A stretch of DNA of 64,000 bases from Octopus sinensis (GCF_006345805.1 NC_042997.1:82088001-82152000), one strand, 5' to 3'. Positions 13,250 to 27,010 are shown, numbered from the stretch's first letter. Notes: generated by a model not told the origin, from the letters alone. Numbers and translations are program-made.

Positions 13250-13560
13250 TAGGATGCCTCGAAAAATCAAGAGTCACATTGGCAGAAAAACAAAAACTGC
13301 TTCCGTTTTGCGTCCCTTGCGAGCAAGCGAGACAGAAGAACAACGTGTGCTTCGGCGTGCTCGCAATGCCGCCTCTAATTCGATCGCCAGAACATCACAG
13401 ACAGCTCAACAAGCAGAACTCCGGCGTGCTTGCAATGCTACTTCTATTTCGATCCCCAGAGCATCACAGATTGCTCAACAAGCAGAAATCTGGCGTGTTC
13501 GCAATGCTGCTTCTACTGCAGTCGCCAGAGCTTCACAGACGGAAGCATAGACAGAAGCGG
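13250..13560 (+). mobile_element. Helitron Rep/Hel N-terminal fragment
   Basis: MPRKIKSHIGRKTK..RASETEEQR..R with short internal repeats, typical of the start of animal Helitron ORFs. Confidence 0.6.
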
Positions 13561-13944
13561 AATTACACTATTTTAGACTCCAGTCCTATAATGAACTTAC
13601 ACCGTCCAATAGACGGGGGGAGGGGGCGTTTGCTATTAGATATATATATATATACACACACAGCTGTGTCTGGGGAGAGTCATTTTCTTTTTGTACCTTA
13701 TAATTTAACACACTCACCGGTAAAATTTCCACTTATTTCTTATTTTTCTTATTTTCAATTGTCTTGACTATTGAAAAGGTTGCAAGACGCAACGAAAATT
13801 TTAGGAAAATACAAATAAAAAAAAAAGTCGAGATGTTGCCTGTGAGTGTGTTAAATTATAAGGCACAAAAAGAAAATGACTCTCCCCAGACACAACAGAA
13901 TATGCTTCAACACACGAACTCACATAAATAATCTTGCAAACGAA

Positions 13945-13977
<33 letters not shown>

Positions 13978-14029
13978 CGACATGTGTGTATATGTTTATG
14001 TGTCTGTGTTTGTCCCCCACCACCACCAT

Positions 14030-14200
14030 CGCTTGACAAGTGTGTTCACGTCCCCCTAACTTAACGGTTCGGCAAAAGAGGCCCATAGGATAAGTACTAA
14101 GCTTACAAAGAATAAGTCCTGGGGTCGACTTGTTCGACTAAAGGCGGCGCTCCAGCATGGCCGCAGTCAAATGACTGCAACAAATAAAAGAATAAAAGAA
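14030..14200 (+). mobile_element. SINE 3' half
   Basis: TTCACGTCCCC..GATAAGTAC..CTGGGGTCGAC..CTCCAGCATGGCCGCAGTC..ATAAAAGAATAAAAG; a reverse copy lies at 46085-46262. Confidence 0.8.
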
Positions 14201-14777
14201 TATATATAAGCAGCTAATTATACACAATATATTGCTCGCAGGGGAGCGAACCTCTACCAGCTCGAAACTGAATCAGCCTCGCGAGCCTCGAGGACTGTAG
14301 GGTTCACTTACCTGGCTAGCAATATATAAATGGTACAACACTGCACCGATAACGAGCTGGCGGAAGATCTGCTTGATGTTCAACTAGTAGTAGTAACACG
14401 GAACAGCCACTTAGATGTGGTGATTAACTTTACCTGTTAGTATAGATTATTTTTCAAAAAGAAATAATTAAAAGTTAACATGTACTAGATGAAGGACGTG
14501 CAGTATATGCATGTAGCTAATCTTCTCCTGCATGACTGAATCAAACTATGTATTCATTAAATAACATTAGAGTGATAAGCAGTTTAGTTTTCTCCTTTTT
14601 AAGCATATTTCATTTGAAAAAAAAAAACGTATTCCACTGGAATTTAAACTACTGGAAATTATTTTCTTCTGAATTAATTAAAATATCTGATATTGATATA
14701 CGGTTTGGTGATAAGAACGGCGATGTAGTTCATAATTGGAATTTCTGGAAATTATGCTGTAATATTTGAACTGAAAA

Positions 14778-15175
14778 AAGCGGCGAGCTGGCAGAGCCGT
14801 TAGCGCGCCGGGCGAAATCCGTAGCAGTATTTCGTCTGCCGTTACGTTCTGAGTTCAAATTCCGCCGAGGTCGACTTTGCATTTCATCCTTTCGAGGTCG
14901 ATAAATTAAGTACCAGTACGCATTGGGGTCTATGTAATCGACTTAATCCCTTTGTCTGTCCTTGTTTGTCCACTCTATGTTTAGCCCCTTGTGGGTAGTA
15001 AAGAAATAGGAATTTCGTCTGTCTTTATGTTCTGAGTTCAAATTCTACCGAAGTTGACTTTGCCTTTCATCCTTTTGGGGTCGATGAATTAAGAACTGGT
15101 TACGTTCTGGGGTCTATCTAATCGACTGACCCCGCTTCCCCAAAATTTCGGGCCTTGTTTCTAGAGTAGAAAAGA
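14778..15175 (+). mobile_element. tRNA-derived SINE (Nin-domain-like), tandem/nested 1.5 copies
   Basis: GGCGAGCTGGCAGA head, GAGTTCAAATTC B-box and GTCGACTTTGC(A/C)TTTCATCCTTT..GGTCGAT core occur twice. Confidence 0.75.
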
Positions 15176-15299
15176 ATATTTGAACTGAAAGATAGAAACA
15201 CTTAACTCTACTGAAGTGCTGTTTGAAAGTACGTTATACTTTATGAAATTAGCTTAATCGCGCAAGAGTTGCACGGTAAAATAGCAACAGAGAAAGGAT

Positions 15300-16860
15300 G
15301 AGACGCTAGACAACGACCGAGAGAGGGACAGAGAGAGAGAGTCAATATTAGAGAGAAATAGGCACCGTGAGCAAGCAGGAAGAGCTGCAATGCGAGGATA
15401 GAAGAGAGCAGTGTACGTAGGGTGAGGCAGAGAAAGACATCAAGTTACGAAGGTAAGAATGACTGAGGAGTAGCGAGCTCATTTCTCTCAATAACAACTA
15501 AGAAAATATTAAAGAAAAATGGAGGATATGGATGAAATTGAACGTACATATTATCTCAACCAGAAGAGAGATAATGACAGACAGAGAAGAGCTGCGATGA
15601 ATATAAAAGAGTGTGAGCATTACTTTCAGCAGAAAAGAGAGTGAGATCAACAAAGAAGAGCTACATTGAATTAAGAAGAATACGTGCATTACTTACAGCA
15701 ACAAAAAGTTAGAATTCAACATAGAAGAATTGAATTGAATGAAGAGCACACTCATCATCTACAATACAGAGAACGTTATCGACATAGAAGAAATAATATG
15801 AAAGATGATCAAAGATTAAGTTACCTTAATATTCAAAGGAGACTGTAACTAAAAGAAGTGGAAGAGAAATCGATATTGCTCGGCATCAACACGTTCAGCC
15901 ATACAACATTGGGAAGATGAATGTCCAATGTATATACTGCAGTGCACCTCTTGTGTAAAGGACGTGGTCCCTATTGTTTCAAAATTGGCAGGTGCAATAA
16001 TGGAATAACAGCCCAAATTGGACACCATTCAGTGGATAATCGCAACGTTGTTCTATTTAATGCTTATCTGCTGAAGAAATGCCATGAGTACATCAACTTC
16101 GAAACTTACTCCCCTGTTAAGAGGATCAAATATATCTTTAAATATTGCTATGAGGAACATAGCTGTGTGTCCATCGAGTTAACAAAAGATCAACAAAATA
16201 ATGCACCCGAGCATGATGAAATAAAAAAAAATACATTTCATGTAACCTTCAGAAACTATGTGATGACTGTGGTATATCACACACTGTTTACGGGCTTCTT
16301 GTGCATATTCCTAAAACGTAGAGAATGTTTCCGTAGAAGAAAAGCTGGACTAGCAGTTGAAGCTCAGCATGATCGAGACACTCGCCACATTGTTTGGTTT
16401 AAGCTTAATGACACGGATGAAGATGCACTATGTCTTCAATGAAAAATAGCAACTGAACAGTCAGAAGAAACCATATTATCAGTCGCTTATATTCAATGAG
16501 CCTAAATCACGTACAAAAATGCACTTCTGTATGCTACAACTTCATCAAGGCACAAAAAATGTTGACGATTTAAGGACCGTAGGATGAGTAATCCTCTCAT
16601 CATCCAAAGATTCAGGCATTTGTCGTCTCAAGCTTCTTGAAACTGATGATGCAATAGCAAATGCATCAACGGAAACATCAGCTTTAAGATGCTTTCACAA
16701 CTCCCGTTAATGTTTGAAGCTATTTGTGCTTATTACCAGCCTCCTTCCTAATGCTCTGTACCTTTGAAACATCGTCAAAGAAATAATAAGTAAGGACTTT
16801 TCGTACAGTGACTTAGATATGAACCAAGCAGAAAATGAAACACTTGATAATCTTGAGGTT
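15300..16860 (+). mobile_element. Helitron Rep domain remnants, heavily deleted
   Basis: CKGRGPYCFKI, DNRNVVLFNAYLLKKCHEYINFE..VKRIKYIFKY and VDDLRTV, matching Helitron DNRWVVPYNPYLL..INVE..SIKYLYKY and FEDLRTV motifs. Confidence 0.8.
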
Positions 16861-16914
16861 CTCATTGGAAATATAATTAATTGTTGGGTTTTTGGTCTAA
16901 TGGAAGCTCAGGGC

Positions 16915-19790
16915 CATTTTCATTCACTTCCTAGGGAACCAAAAACATAACCAGTTTCAAGTTGTTTGCTACGGGCCACATACTTGCCATGCAGATGTTT
17001 CTGTTCCCATCTGCTAGCTAATTTTTCATGCGCTTTTGTCTTTGCAATTAATTTTATTTTCTTTGCAGCAGCAGTTGGCGCATTTCTTTCAACCTGATCA
17101 ATCTGGTAGGTATCTAAGAGATCAGTAGCGAAATTTTTGTTTTCTTTCAGAATAGAGTGAAGTTTTTTCGGTCTTTCATGTTTTTCGACAAGTTTTAGCA
17201 TCCAATCGTTGGTTGCTTCAAGGTATTTGGCCAGTCCGATTGTGGTGGTTTTGTACGTAAGTTCAAGCTGGATCAAACCTCGACCTCCCTGAGCTCTGGG
17301 AAGGTAAAGACGAACCACGTCTGCCTTTGGATGGCGCATATTATTATAAGTCAGTAGCTTGCGGATTTTTCTGTCAATTTTCATTATTTCACTGATATTC
17401 CAGTTAAGCACATTGAAGCTATAAAGAACAACTGGGACTACTAAGGAATTTATGGCTAACACCTTATTATATGCATTCAGCTCAGACTTCAGGATTGCTC
17501 GAACTCTTCTATAACATTCCTTCCTAACTTGCATGCTGGATACCAGAGCCTTCATTTATTCGTAGGTATGTATAGATTTGTTCCTGTTCAAGTTCCTTTA
17601 TTACTGTTTCGACATCTAATTCGGTTGAACTTGACTTTACCCATTTCCCTTTCTTAAAAGTGGCTTTGGCACACTTTTCAAGGCCAAACTCCATCCTGAT
17701 ATCATCACTGAATCCTTTCACAGTATGTAGTAGTCCTTCAAGTTCATCATCTTTGCCATATAGTTTTAAATCATTCATGTAAAATAGATGGCTTATTTTC
17801 TTGTTGTCAATTTTGTAGCCATACCCTGTTCTATTCAGTTCACTTGAGAGTGGTATTTACTGTGCAGAAAATTAGTGGTGAAAGTGAGACACCTTGGAAA
17901 ATGCCACAGTTTATGCTAATATTGTTTGAGCGCAATACTCCATTAGAATTATATAATTGGAGCTTCGTGTTCCATAGTGACATATTATACTTTAAAAAAT
18001 CTGAAATCACAGGAGACATTTTGAAAATGTCCAGCGATTTCAGAATCCACGAATGTGGTATGCTGTCACATGCATTTTTGTAATCAATCCATGGAGATCT
18101 GAGATTTCTGCGCTTGCTATGGCAGTTCTCAAGGATCATGCGATTAATTAGGAGCTGATTTTTGCATTCATATGAGCCTCGTCTACATCCTTTTTGTTCA
18201 GTGGGAAAGAGGTTATTCTCTTCCATAAACGTATATGTTTTCTCCACTAGAATAGATGTCAAAATCTTATAGGTAGTAGACAAACATGTTATAGGCCGGT
18301 AGTTTTTTGGGTCTTTCGTTTCGTTATTTTGGGGGAGGAGGTAAGTAATACCATTTGCCATCCAATGGGGAGTTTTTTCCGGGCCTTTCATAATACTATT
18401 AAATAGTATTACTAACATTTTGTGTGCGGACGAGAGTGATGAGAGCCAGAAATTTGGTACTCTATCAATACCAGAGGATTCCCACTTATGAGCCTTCGTT
18501 AGTGCCCTCCTTAGGTCGGCGATTGAGATGTCTTCCCCTACCTGTTCTTGTAGATTTTTGTACGCATCTTGGATGCGTTTGATCCACTCTGCATTTTCAT
18601 TGTATGGTTTCACATCACTCCAGATTCCTTTCCAAAAGTTCTCAACTTCTTCCATTATGGGTGGATTTTCAATGGTTATTTTTCCTTTCCCTATTTCCCT
18701 GTAAAATTATTTGGCATTGGGTTTGAATATCTTATTTTGCTTGTAGCATTTGATTCTTTTCTCAAATCTGAGTATTCTCTGAGCTTTTGCTTGAACTTTT
18801 TGCTTAAGTGTTTCCTTCGCTGAGATTAGTTCTTCTCTTGTTGAGAGTCCGTATTTTCTCACAATCTTCCTTCCTTTTCTTGATCTTACACCATTTCAAG
18901 AGATTAGCTCAGTTAATATTGATATCTCCTTTCGCAATGATTCAATTTCAGTTTCAATTCTACTCCTCCAGTTTGATTTTCTTTTCGAATTTGGTACTGT
19001 TGGCTGTTTGGATGTTAAACAGCGTCTTTCGATTACCTTAGCAACAGAGTAAATAATTTCATTTAGTTGTTGGATGATTTCTTGTGTAACGCAGTTGCCA
19101 ATTTTTATTTGTGTTTTATGTTGGTGTGCATTTGAGAGTTTATGGAGTGGTTCCCTATCATTCATATTTGTATGTCCTACAACTGCAAGCTCATTCAGAA
19201 CGTCCTGCTTCATTTCAAGGATAGATTTTCTGTGTTGTTCAGCAAATATGTGGTCTTCAAATTCTGTTTCGACATCATTTTCCTGGCTGTTTTTTCTAGG
19301 GTCATTATATTTTCCTTTTTCTTCTGGCTCTTGAGTGGTTTCGGCAGATGGTCACCTTTCAGTCAATGCTCGTGGTCCAACGTTCCTCTCCTCTGCTTTG
19401 TTATTTCCTTCTTGACTTATATTTAGGTCATTCTCTACCACTTTTTTAATAGAGGTTAATTCTGCATCTGTGAGTCTGGTATTTCTGAAGATATCTCTTC
19501 TAACATTTGCTAATCTGTTTTCATCCAGGTTTGGTCTGTTAGCGGGATTCCGGCTCCTCCAAATTCTGTAGGAGTTAGCGGTATGTTTCTCTTGGGTTGA
19601 CCTAATTAATGAAAAGTAATAAGCATATATTACTTCCTTATATTCTTCCTGATTGCATTTAGTCCTTTTAAATTTTTGATTTTCTGGTCGTTGTGGTGGT
19701 GAACTTTGGGGGCTTCCAGGTTCGTATTCGGGGAAGAGTTTCTGCCATTTGAAAATTGTTCATCAGGCTGACAGCTTCCTGAATAATCAT
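16915..19790 (-). mobile_element. R4/Dong-clade non-LTR retrotransposon, 3'-truncated and disrupted
   Basis: N-terminal YRIWRSRNP..NRLANVRRDI, then KDPKNYRPITCL, EQKGCRRGS, WIDYKNACDSIPH, GIFQGVSLSPL, MNDLKLYGK, MEFGLEKCAK and LYLPRAQGGRGL. Confidence 0.88.
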
Positions 19791-19931
19791 TGGACAAGCG
19801 ATTCGGTGTACTGTTTGAAGTTTTCTTTTCAAGTAAAGTTAAATTATTATTAAATTTTCATTTTTTAAAATATTTTTTTATTTATTTTTAACCACTAATC
19901 TTCATACAAGGGCCGCATTTATCTATCATTA

Positions 19932-20061
19932 TTGGCAGCAGCAGCACCAGTAGTTGTAGTAGCAGCAATATCATTATCAGCAGTAACAGCGGCAGTGGTA
20001 ATAGCGGTAATAATGGCAGCAGCAACAGCAGCAGCAGTTGTAGCAGCAGTAGTAGCAGCAA

Positions 20062-20100
<39 letters not shown>

Positions 20101-20215
20101 CGGTGGTAGCAGCAGCAGAGACAGTAATAGTAGTAGTAGTGAGAGCAGCAGAAGTGGTAGCAGCAGCAGTAGTAGCAGCAACAGCAGTAGTAGTAGCTGT
20201 ATCATCATCAGCAGC

Positions 20216-20258
<43 letters not shown>

Positions 20259-20292
20259 CAGCAGCAGTAGTAGTAGTAGTAGTAGTAGTAGT
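19932..20292. repeat. (GTA)/(GCA)n trinucleotide microsatellite
   Basis: Direct reading. Confidence 0.95.
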
Positions 20293-20999
20293 ATGTGTGG
20301 CTCATGTAATTTATTTTTAAAGTGAGATGGGATCCTTTCAGTCAAAAAGAGTTCAAATGTCTACTACTACTAGCAGCGAACAGTGACCTTGACCTTAAGA
20401 AAAATTAAGGAAGGGCCGACTTACACTGTTCTGTATTATTTGTGAATAGAGTTGTGTTTGACCAGAGAGAATCTATTATTAGTATCATAATTTTTTTATT
20501 TTATTTTATTTTATTTTTTTTTAAACGTGCATTTCTGTTATTGCAATAAAAGGTATGTTTGGATATTTCGGGTAGTCAGGGAGAAAATAAAGTTGACTTT
20601 CTAGAGATGTTTGTTTGTATGTCTAGTTAGAGAAAACAGTTGTGTTTTTGCAATAAAAAGGATCCTTACATTTACTTTTGAATATTCAGGGAGGAAGGAA
20701 AGAAAAGTCAAATTTTCACAATAAGTTTTAAGATTCACCAAAGATAGTATTTTGTAAGTCCACACAAAGAAAAGCGAGATGTTTTTAGAAAGAAGGAAGA
20801 ACAAAGGATGTTTACAGAGGGAAGGATGAGTATTCACAGCAGTTGAGGATATTAAAGTTTTTAAAGCTGATCGTTTGTGTGCTTGAAAACTGTAGATATG
20901 TAAATTTGTAAATTTCTTAACTTATTTTGAAGGGAATTTTAAATACTCACAGGATATTGTTGATATTCCAGTCTTTGAGAGTTATTTTACCCCATTGTC

Positions 21000-21093
21000 C
21001 CGCTGGGTCATGTTAGTGTTTCTATGGTTTTCGGCTACTGAATGGTCAGAGCAGCGAGGAACACATCCAGCGGCTGTCAAGGCTGGCGCTCCT

Positions 21094-21096
<3 letters not shown>
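21000..21096 (-). ncRNA. Candidate degenerate HDV-like ribozyme
   Basis: On minus: AGAGGAGC/GCTGCTCT (P1, 7 of 8 pairs), CCGCTGG/CCAGCGG (P2, 7 bp), TTCCTCG loop and CTAA before P2'; P3 and P1.1 imperfect. Confidence 0.3.

Positions 21097-21157
<61 letters not shown>
21097..21157. repeat. (ATT)n microsatellite
   Basis: Direct reading. Confidence 0.97.
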
Positions 21158-21159
<2 letters not shown>

Positions 21160-21716
21160 GAGTGAGAGAGCAGTGCATGCCATCAAAGTGACACTGGGGT
21201 AAAATATAGGAAGCCCAGCATAACCATTATGACTACCCGTCTCATAAGGGTACACCAGGCACATGCATCACAACCATATGAGCGTGACATGGTGATCTCA
21301 TGTCAAGATAAACAGTACATGACCTTGCAGGTGGGGCCCAGTTAGAATTTTCTTCTGGTCGAGTAGCCCATCCCGCTCAAAAGGTACCTAAATAAGGATT
21401 GTTTAAGGATGTTGAACAAACCACCCATGTTTCCAAAGGTGAATTATCCAAACCTCTAAGAATTCCTTTCAACACACGACTATGATGCTCCCCCACTACT
21501 TCTGCTCGTGATCAGAGATGCACATATCGTCAGCCATTAAGGAACATGCTCAACTGGTTAAGGTCAAACAACTGACAAGCAAATCTGTGGTATTGAGCAG
21601 AATATTTACTGTAGCCCATCTTTTATACCAAGACAAAACGATGCACATGATAACACTTCCAATCAGTTAAGATCAGAAACCCTGAGAGCCACTGTCTGCT
21701 ACGGCATCGGGGCATT
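21158..21716. repeat. ~560-bp non-coding interspersed repeat bounded by (ATT)n tracts
   Basis: Discrete higher-complexity unit between (ATT)n arrays; recalled as an abundant octopus repeat, not verifiable here. Confidence 0.5.
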
Positions 21717-21779
21717 TATTATTATTATTGTTATTGTTGCTGCTTTTGTTGTTGTTCTTATTATTCCTTCGTAAAACAG

Positions 21780-23560
21780 TACAGGTAAAAATGTACCGGA
21801 GTCTTTAGTCATCTGTTAACTCACAACAAGGACCTCAGATAGATAATACTTAAGATATGCGCTGTGCCCAATAAGGCTGCTTTTTTCAGGACATCAATCT
21901 TGCATGGGATTTCCAGTTGCCTTAAGAAGTCTTGAAGTTACAATGAGATTTAGCCCAAAGCTCCGATCACCACTGGTATCACTTTTACATTACCTTCTCG
22001 CATTCCATACTATCTTGCCATTTCTACAATTTGGAGTACTTGGTGATTTTTCAACCTCTTTACTCACAGCATTCATGTCATTTGGTTTGGCTACATCAAT
22101 GATCTGATAGTATTTGTCTCTCTTATTCAATATGACAATATCCTGCCGACGGTGTATGATTACACGAGTCGTTTTAAGATCATAGTCCCAGAGTATCTTT
22201 AGTTTTCCATCCTGCTGCATAACTTTACTTAGTACATGCTCATACCAGTTCTCTGTTACTTCATATTGGTATTTACGGCATAAGAGCCTATGAAGATACA
22301 CACACACTTTATCGTGGCTGCGCTTGTATTCTTTTTGTGCAAGGCTCTCACATCCACTTACCAAGTGGGTCACATTTTCCACACACTTTCCACAGAGTCT
22401 GCATTTCTGGGTGTCATTCCTTTCAACCTGTCCATGCATTCTCATTTCAAAAAGGTCTTCCTTTCTCTTCCCCTCAGCTCTTTGGTTAAACTCTTCCTTA
22501 CCCATAATTTCATCTGCATTTACACCCATATCTTTCGTGGCATATTGCAGCAGGTCTTCATCACTATTTATCAAATACTCGGCAAGCGTTCTACTTTCAC
22601 TCCTTATACAGGGTCTATACTAATTAGTCCTCTACCACCATTCTTTCTTTTCATATACAGTCTGTTTACGTTTGCTTTAGGGTGTAGCGCCCCATGTAGC
22701 GTCATCAACTTTCTTGTCGTTCAATGCAGCGTTGATATTTCCTCCTTAGACCCTTTGAGGATGCACGCACTATATCTGACCACCGCAACTGCCCATATAT
22801 TCATTGCGTTAAATCAAATTTTTGGCATTCTGGTTCGATTTCAACACCATCTTCACCCTTTTTTGATACGCCTTGCTGACCTTGACTTTCATTTCTCTGT
22901 GTAGAATGTCATCCAGTTTCAAAATCCCTAAATATTTATACCCACTACCATCAGGTTCAATCATGGTCTCTCCTAATGGTAACCGCAATCCTCTGCAGGG
23001 TGCTTTCTTCCCTCTTTTCATATTAAGTACTGAGCATCTGGTAATCCCAAATTCCATACCAATACCCCTACCATACTTCTAGACTGTTTTGGTTAAGGAA
23101 TCTATCTGTTTTACAGCTTTCCCAAACAATTTCAGGTCATACATAAACAGAAGATGGTTCAACGTTGGGCCTTTTTTCCCACATGAGTAACCCATCTTAA
23201 CTTTCCGAAGTGTCATTGTTATGAGTATTAGTGCAATTACAAATGGTATCGGAGAAAACGGGTCGCCTTGGGAGATTCCCCTTTTAATATTAACATCTCC
23301 AAGGAATACACTACCTGAGTGCAATTTGGTTTGCCACTCCTTCATGCTGCTGGTCTTTCATGCACCGCGTGGCATCTCTTCAGTCAGAAGCCATGAATCC
23401 CAGCTGGTCCGGGGGCTTTCCAGTTAGGCACTTTACCAATTTGTTTTTTCACATCACCCGTGCATATGACAATATTCCTTTGTTTCTTTCCTCCTTGTAA
23501 TTCTGTCTTGATAGTTTCTACCCACATTGCATCCCTTTTATGAGCCATATTATTTCCTTA
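21780..23560 (-). mobile_element. R4/Dong-clade element with restriction-like endonuclease; internal RT deletion
   Basis: NWKAPGP.GIHGF, GISQGDPFSP, FMYDLKL, MEFGITRC, CCHC finger CRLCGKCVENVTHLVSGC, and ILWD..HRRQDIVI..IIDVA endonuclease; ends next to an (AAT/AAC)-rich tract. Confidence 0.88.
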
Positions 23561-24868
23561 AACTATAAAGCACATAATAACTTTTAAACGTATTACAAGG
23601 AGGTAAATAAACAATACTTTGAAAACAATCTTTTTTTTTTATTGAATGGCAGTATTTTGTTTGAATTTATTGATACACCTTGCTTGTGTTTAATATATCT
23701 ACATAATGTTTCCAAATATGCTGACTTACACAGGGGGTATCCATGCGTTACGCTACTAATAAGTAATTGACGTTCACGTGTCACAATGGATTATATAAAT
23801 AGACATAGCGTCCTACTTTTCTAATTTCAATACATATTTGTGAAAACATTGATAAAAAAGTTAGGCCAATGACATAAGTCTAAAAACAGAAAGGGTTACT
23901 GCTTTTCAAATGCATCATATATCCGGCATGAAGGCTTTAAATAGAGGTGTTTTGCACTGAATCTTTACTTGTAAAGACAAGCTTCCTTGAAACTGGCATT
24001 GACAATGAAGTGGTACTTCGTAGCTTGTATATTTTTGCTTGTAAGCAAAAGTGTTCAATCCAAGTCATCCCAGCAAATACTTGGAAAGTAATATTTCGTT
24101 TTTCATTTATTTTTCTTTCATATTACATTTAGCTATCAATATCACTATTGATTCATTTGCAGGATCAGAGAAATCTCTTCTTATTTCCAAACTGCCACTC
24201 TACAACTACACTCATTATCCCATGTGCTTTAGCCTTTCATTACAATATATTGTGATTTGAATGTGTTCTAACAAGTCTAGCGACCACAGAGAGGTGTTTG
24301 ATCTGATTCGGTAGTACATAATCAAGTTCCACTTTCTATGTTGCATGTCCTAGCCATAAAGGTTAAATAACACAACATACGGCCATATACACTCCACACT
24401 AACATAAATAGACGAAATTATTATCTATGCATTGACCGTTAAACATTTCTTACGGTTAGAAGAGTTGGTTACCACCATAGAATCAGCAAGCTGATGTCAT
24501 TAATACTGATTTTTAAAAAAATAATTATGTAGATCATTACAGATCTGTTGGGAAAAGCATATAAATGAATGAAACGAACCCAGCACGAAGCACTAGCGAT
24601 TTTGTCAATCAAATCCCAACACCGGTTACGTCTGAACTCAGCTGTATCTGTTACTTTATAAACATAGAAATTTTGTACATTTTCCAGTATCAGTATGATG
24701 GCAATTTGTTAGAAATATTAAACTCTTGCAAGATTCTGTTGCAACGCCTGATTTCTGAGTCTAAATACCGCAAGGGTTGTCTACATATTACATACTTATA
24801 GGTTCATAGGGACTACACTTTATCACTATATCAAGCTTGTGTCCATAAGTTACACACACACGCACACG

Positions 24869-24912
<44 letters not shown>

Positions 24913-25008
24913 TACACACGCATACACACGCATACACACACACACACACACACACATTTATATATAATAAATCTCTGAGCGAGGTATAAACAGTAGCTGC
25001 ACGACATC

Positions 25009-25314
<306 letters not shown>

Positions 25315-25559
25315 TAATAATATGAGGGAATATTATTCAAAACTTACAGGGAAGAATTAAATTCAGAAATACTAAATCAAATTTCACAAAATATAATATA
25401 TATATAAAATTTAGAAAAAAAAACACCTTTTATCAATTCAAAATGAAAAATTAAAATACACCATCTAGAAAATTACTTATAAAAGAATATTAAATATAAG
25501 ATAAAAAATATAACGATGATTAAGTAATATACAAAATAATAAATAAAACGTATATATTT

Positions 25560-25596
<37 letters not shown>

Positions 25597-25853
25597 CATT
25601 GGGATATCCCAGAAACAGCTGTAAGACTTTGAATTTGTCCAATAATGATAATAAGGTATATGACTTGAGATGATTGCCTTGCCTTAACGTTTCTTGTCCA
25701 CTTTAACAATTGTATATTCGCTATATTGGAAATCTGCAATGGCCCCGAAACTACCGTCTCGGCTATAATCTTGGAGCCCTAGTAATTTGTTGAAGCACTT
25801 ACCTAGCGTACTTAATCGTCTAGATCAGCTCGTTTAGATAAACTCCCATATTT

Positions 25854-25921
<68 letters not shown>

Positions 25922-26149
25922 TGTGTGTGTGCGTGTATACTACGGGCCCAAATTTCGTTGCAAATATCAATCTCGAAATGTTTAAATTAATCACCAACGA
26001 CATTAGCCACTCTGAGAAGGTCTGCGAATGTTAAGGGTGCAGTCACTTCTCTTTAGAATACGCAAAATACTTAAAACGCGTGCATTCAAAATGTGAAAAC
26101 TGGAATCATTGTTGTTTATAGGACAGTATCCTGGTTTGTTTCATTGTTT

Positions 26150-27010
26150 TCTTCTCCATCCATCCATCCAGCCAAATTTTCCAGCCATTAATCGTGGAAG
26201 GGTTGCAGCAGTAGATTCCTCGGGTAACTCTTCCATAAGGTCCTGTTAGAAGCAACCGCCGTTAGACCTTCCGGTTGACACTAGCCTGAACAATTGACAC
26301 TATAGATATTGTACAGCCATTTTTTCCCTCGGTCTACCCCTACGCCTCTTGCCAGTTGGCGCGGCTTGAACACACCTCTTGCAATTATTTCCTGCAACAT
26401 TCTAAACAGATCTGTCGTACTAGAGCTGTGACCTCTCAAGGCGGAGAAATAGAGGCTCGACCATGAAGTCCTTGCTAGTCAACCTTTCGTTTAATGTTAC
26501 TTCAGAACCTTTCAAAGGAAACTCTTTTGTGATCACTTGTATTTGCGATTGTATTCTTGTGGTCATTAACCGACATTCATGGCCATATATGAGGAAAGGC
26601 ATGTAACACGAATTAAAGAAATTCAATTTGGTATTTTTGCTAACCTTTCCTCTCTTCTGAGGATCGATTGCTGGTGCTGGTGCATTCTGTGACAGTACCA
26701 GTAATTCTAACGTCCAGTTCAGCCTCCTGCCTTCCATAAATCGTGGAACTTCACCTAAACTTCTCCACCTATCTCAAGGATATTCTATAAACAAAGAGAA
26801 TGTGCAGGAAAGGCTGTTTTGAGATGGCTAAAGCCTCAATCTTCACAGCACAAATTCTCATCCCTGTCTTGTAACACTCGTCAGCGAACCTATTAAATGC
26901 ACGCTGGAGAACATCTTTTTCTCTTTTGCTATTTTCAATTGCAGAATGCGATTCAGAAACGTAAGATAGTTGTACACACACGTCAAACTCACTATAGAGT
27001 AGAGGATCGA
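26150..27010 (-). mobile_element. RTE-type LINE 3' fragment, decayed
   Basis: PLFLRLERSQL, APTGKRRRGRPREKW, LIYGHECRLMT; (TGGA)n tail at ~26155-26170. Confidence 0.7.

Noticed and set aside
14778-14870. tRNA gene (also 47545-47610)
   Set aside because: A/B boxes without a cloverleaf, followed by SINE body sequence.
19730-19775. CTGATGA..GAAAC on minus
   Set aside because: No stems; within the Dong N-terminal reading frame.
23345-23395. CTGAAGA..ATGC/GCAT..GAAAG hammerhead-like string on minus
   Set aside because: No stem I or III partner; it lies in the coding motif GF.LKRCHAVHER of the Dong RT.
23560-24860. Promoter or signal-peptide exon for the chitin-binding gene
   Set aside because: TATA-like strings are present but no convincing ATG-hydrophobic-GT exon was found.
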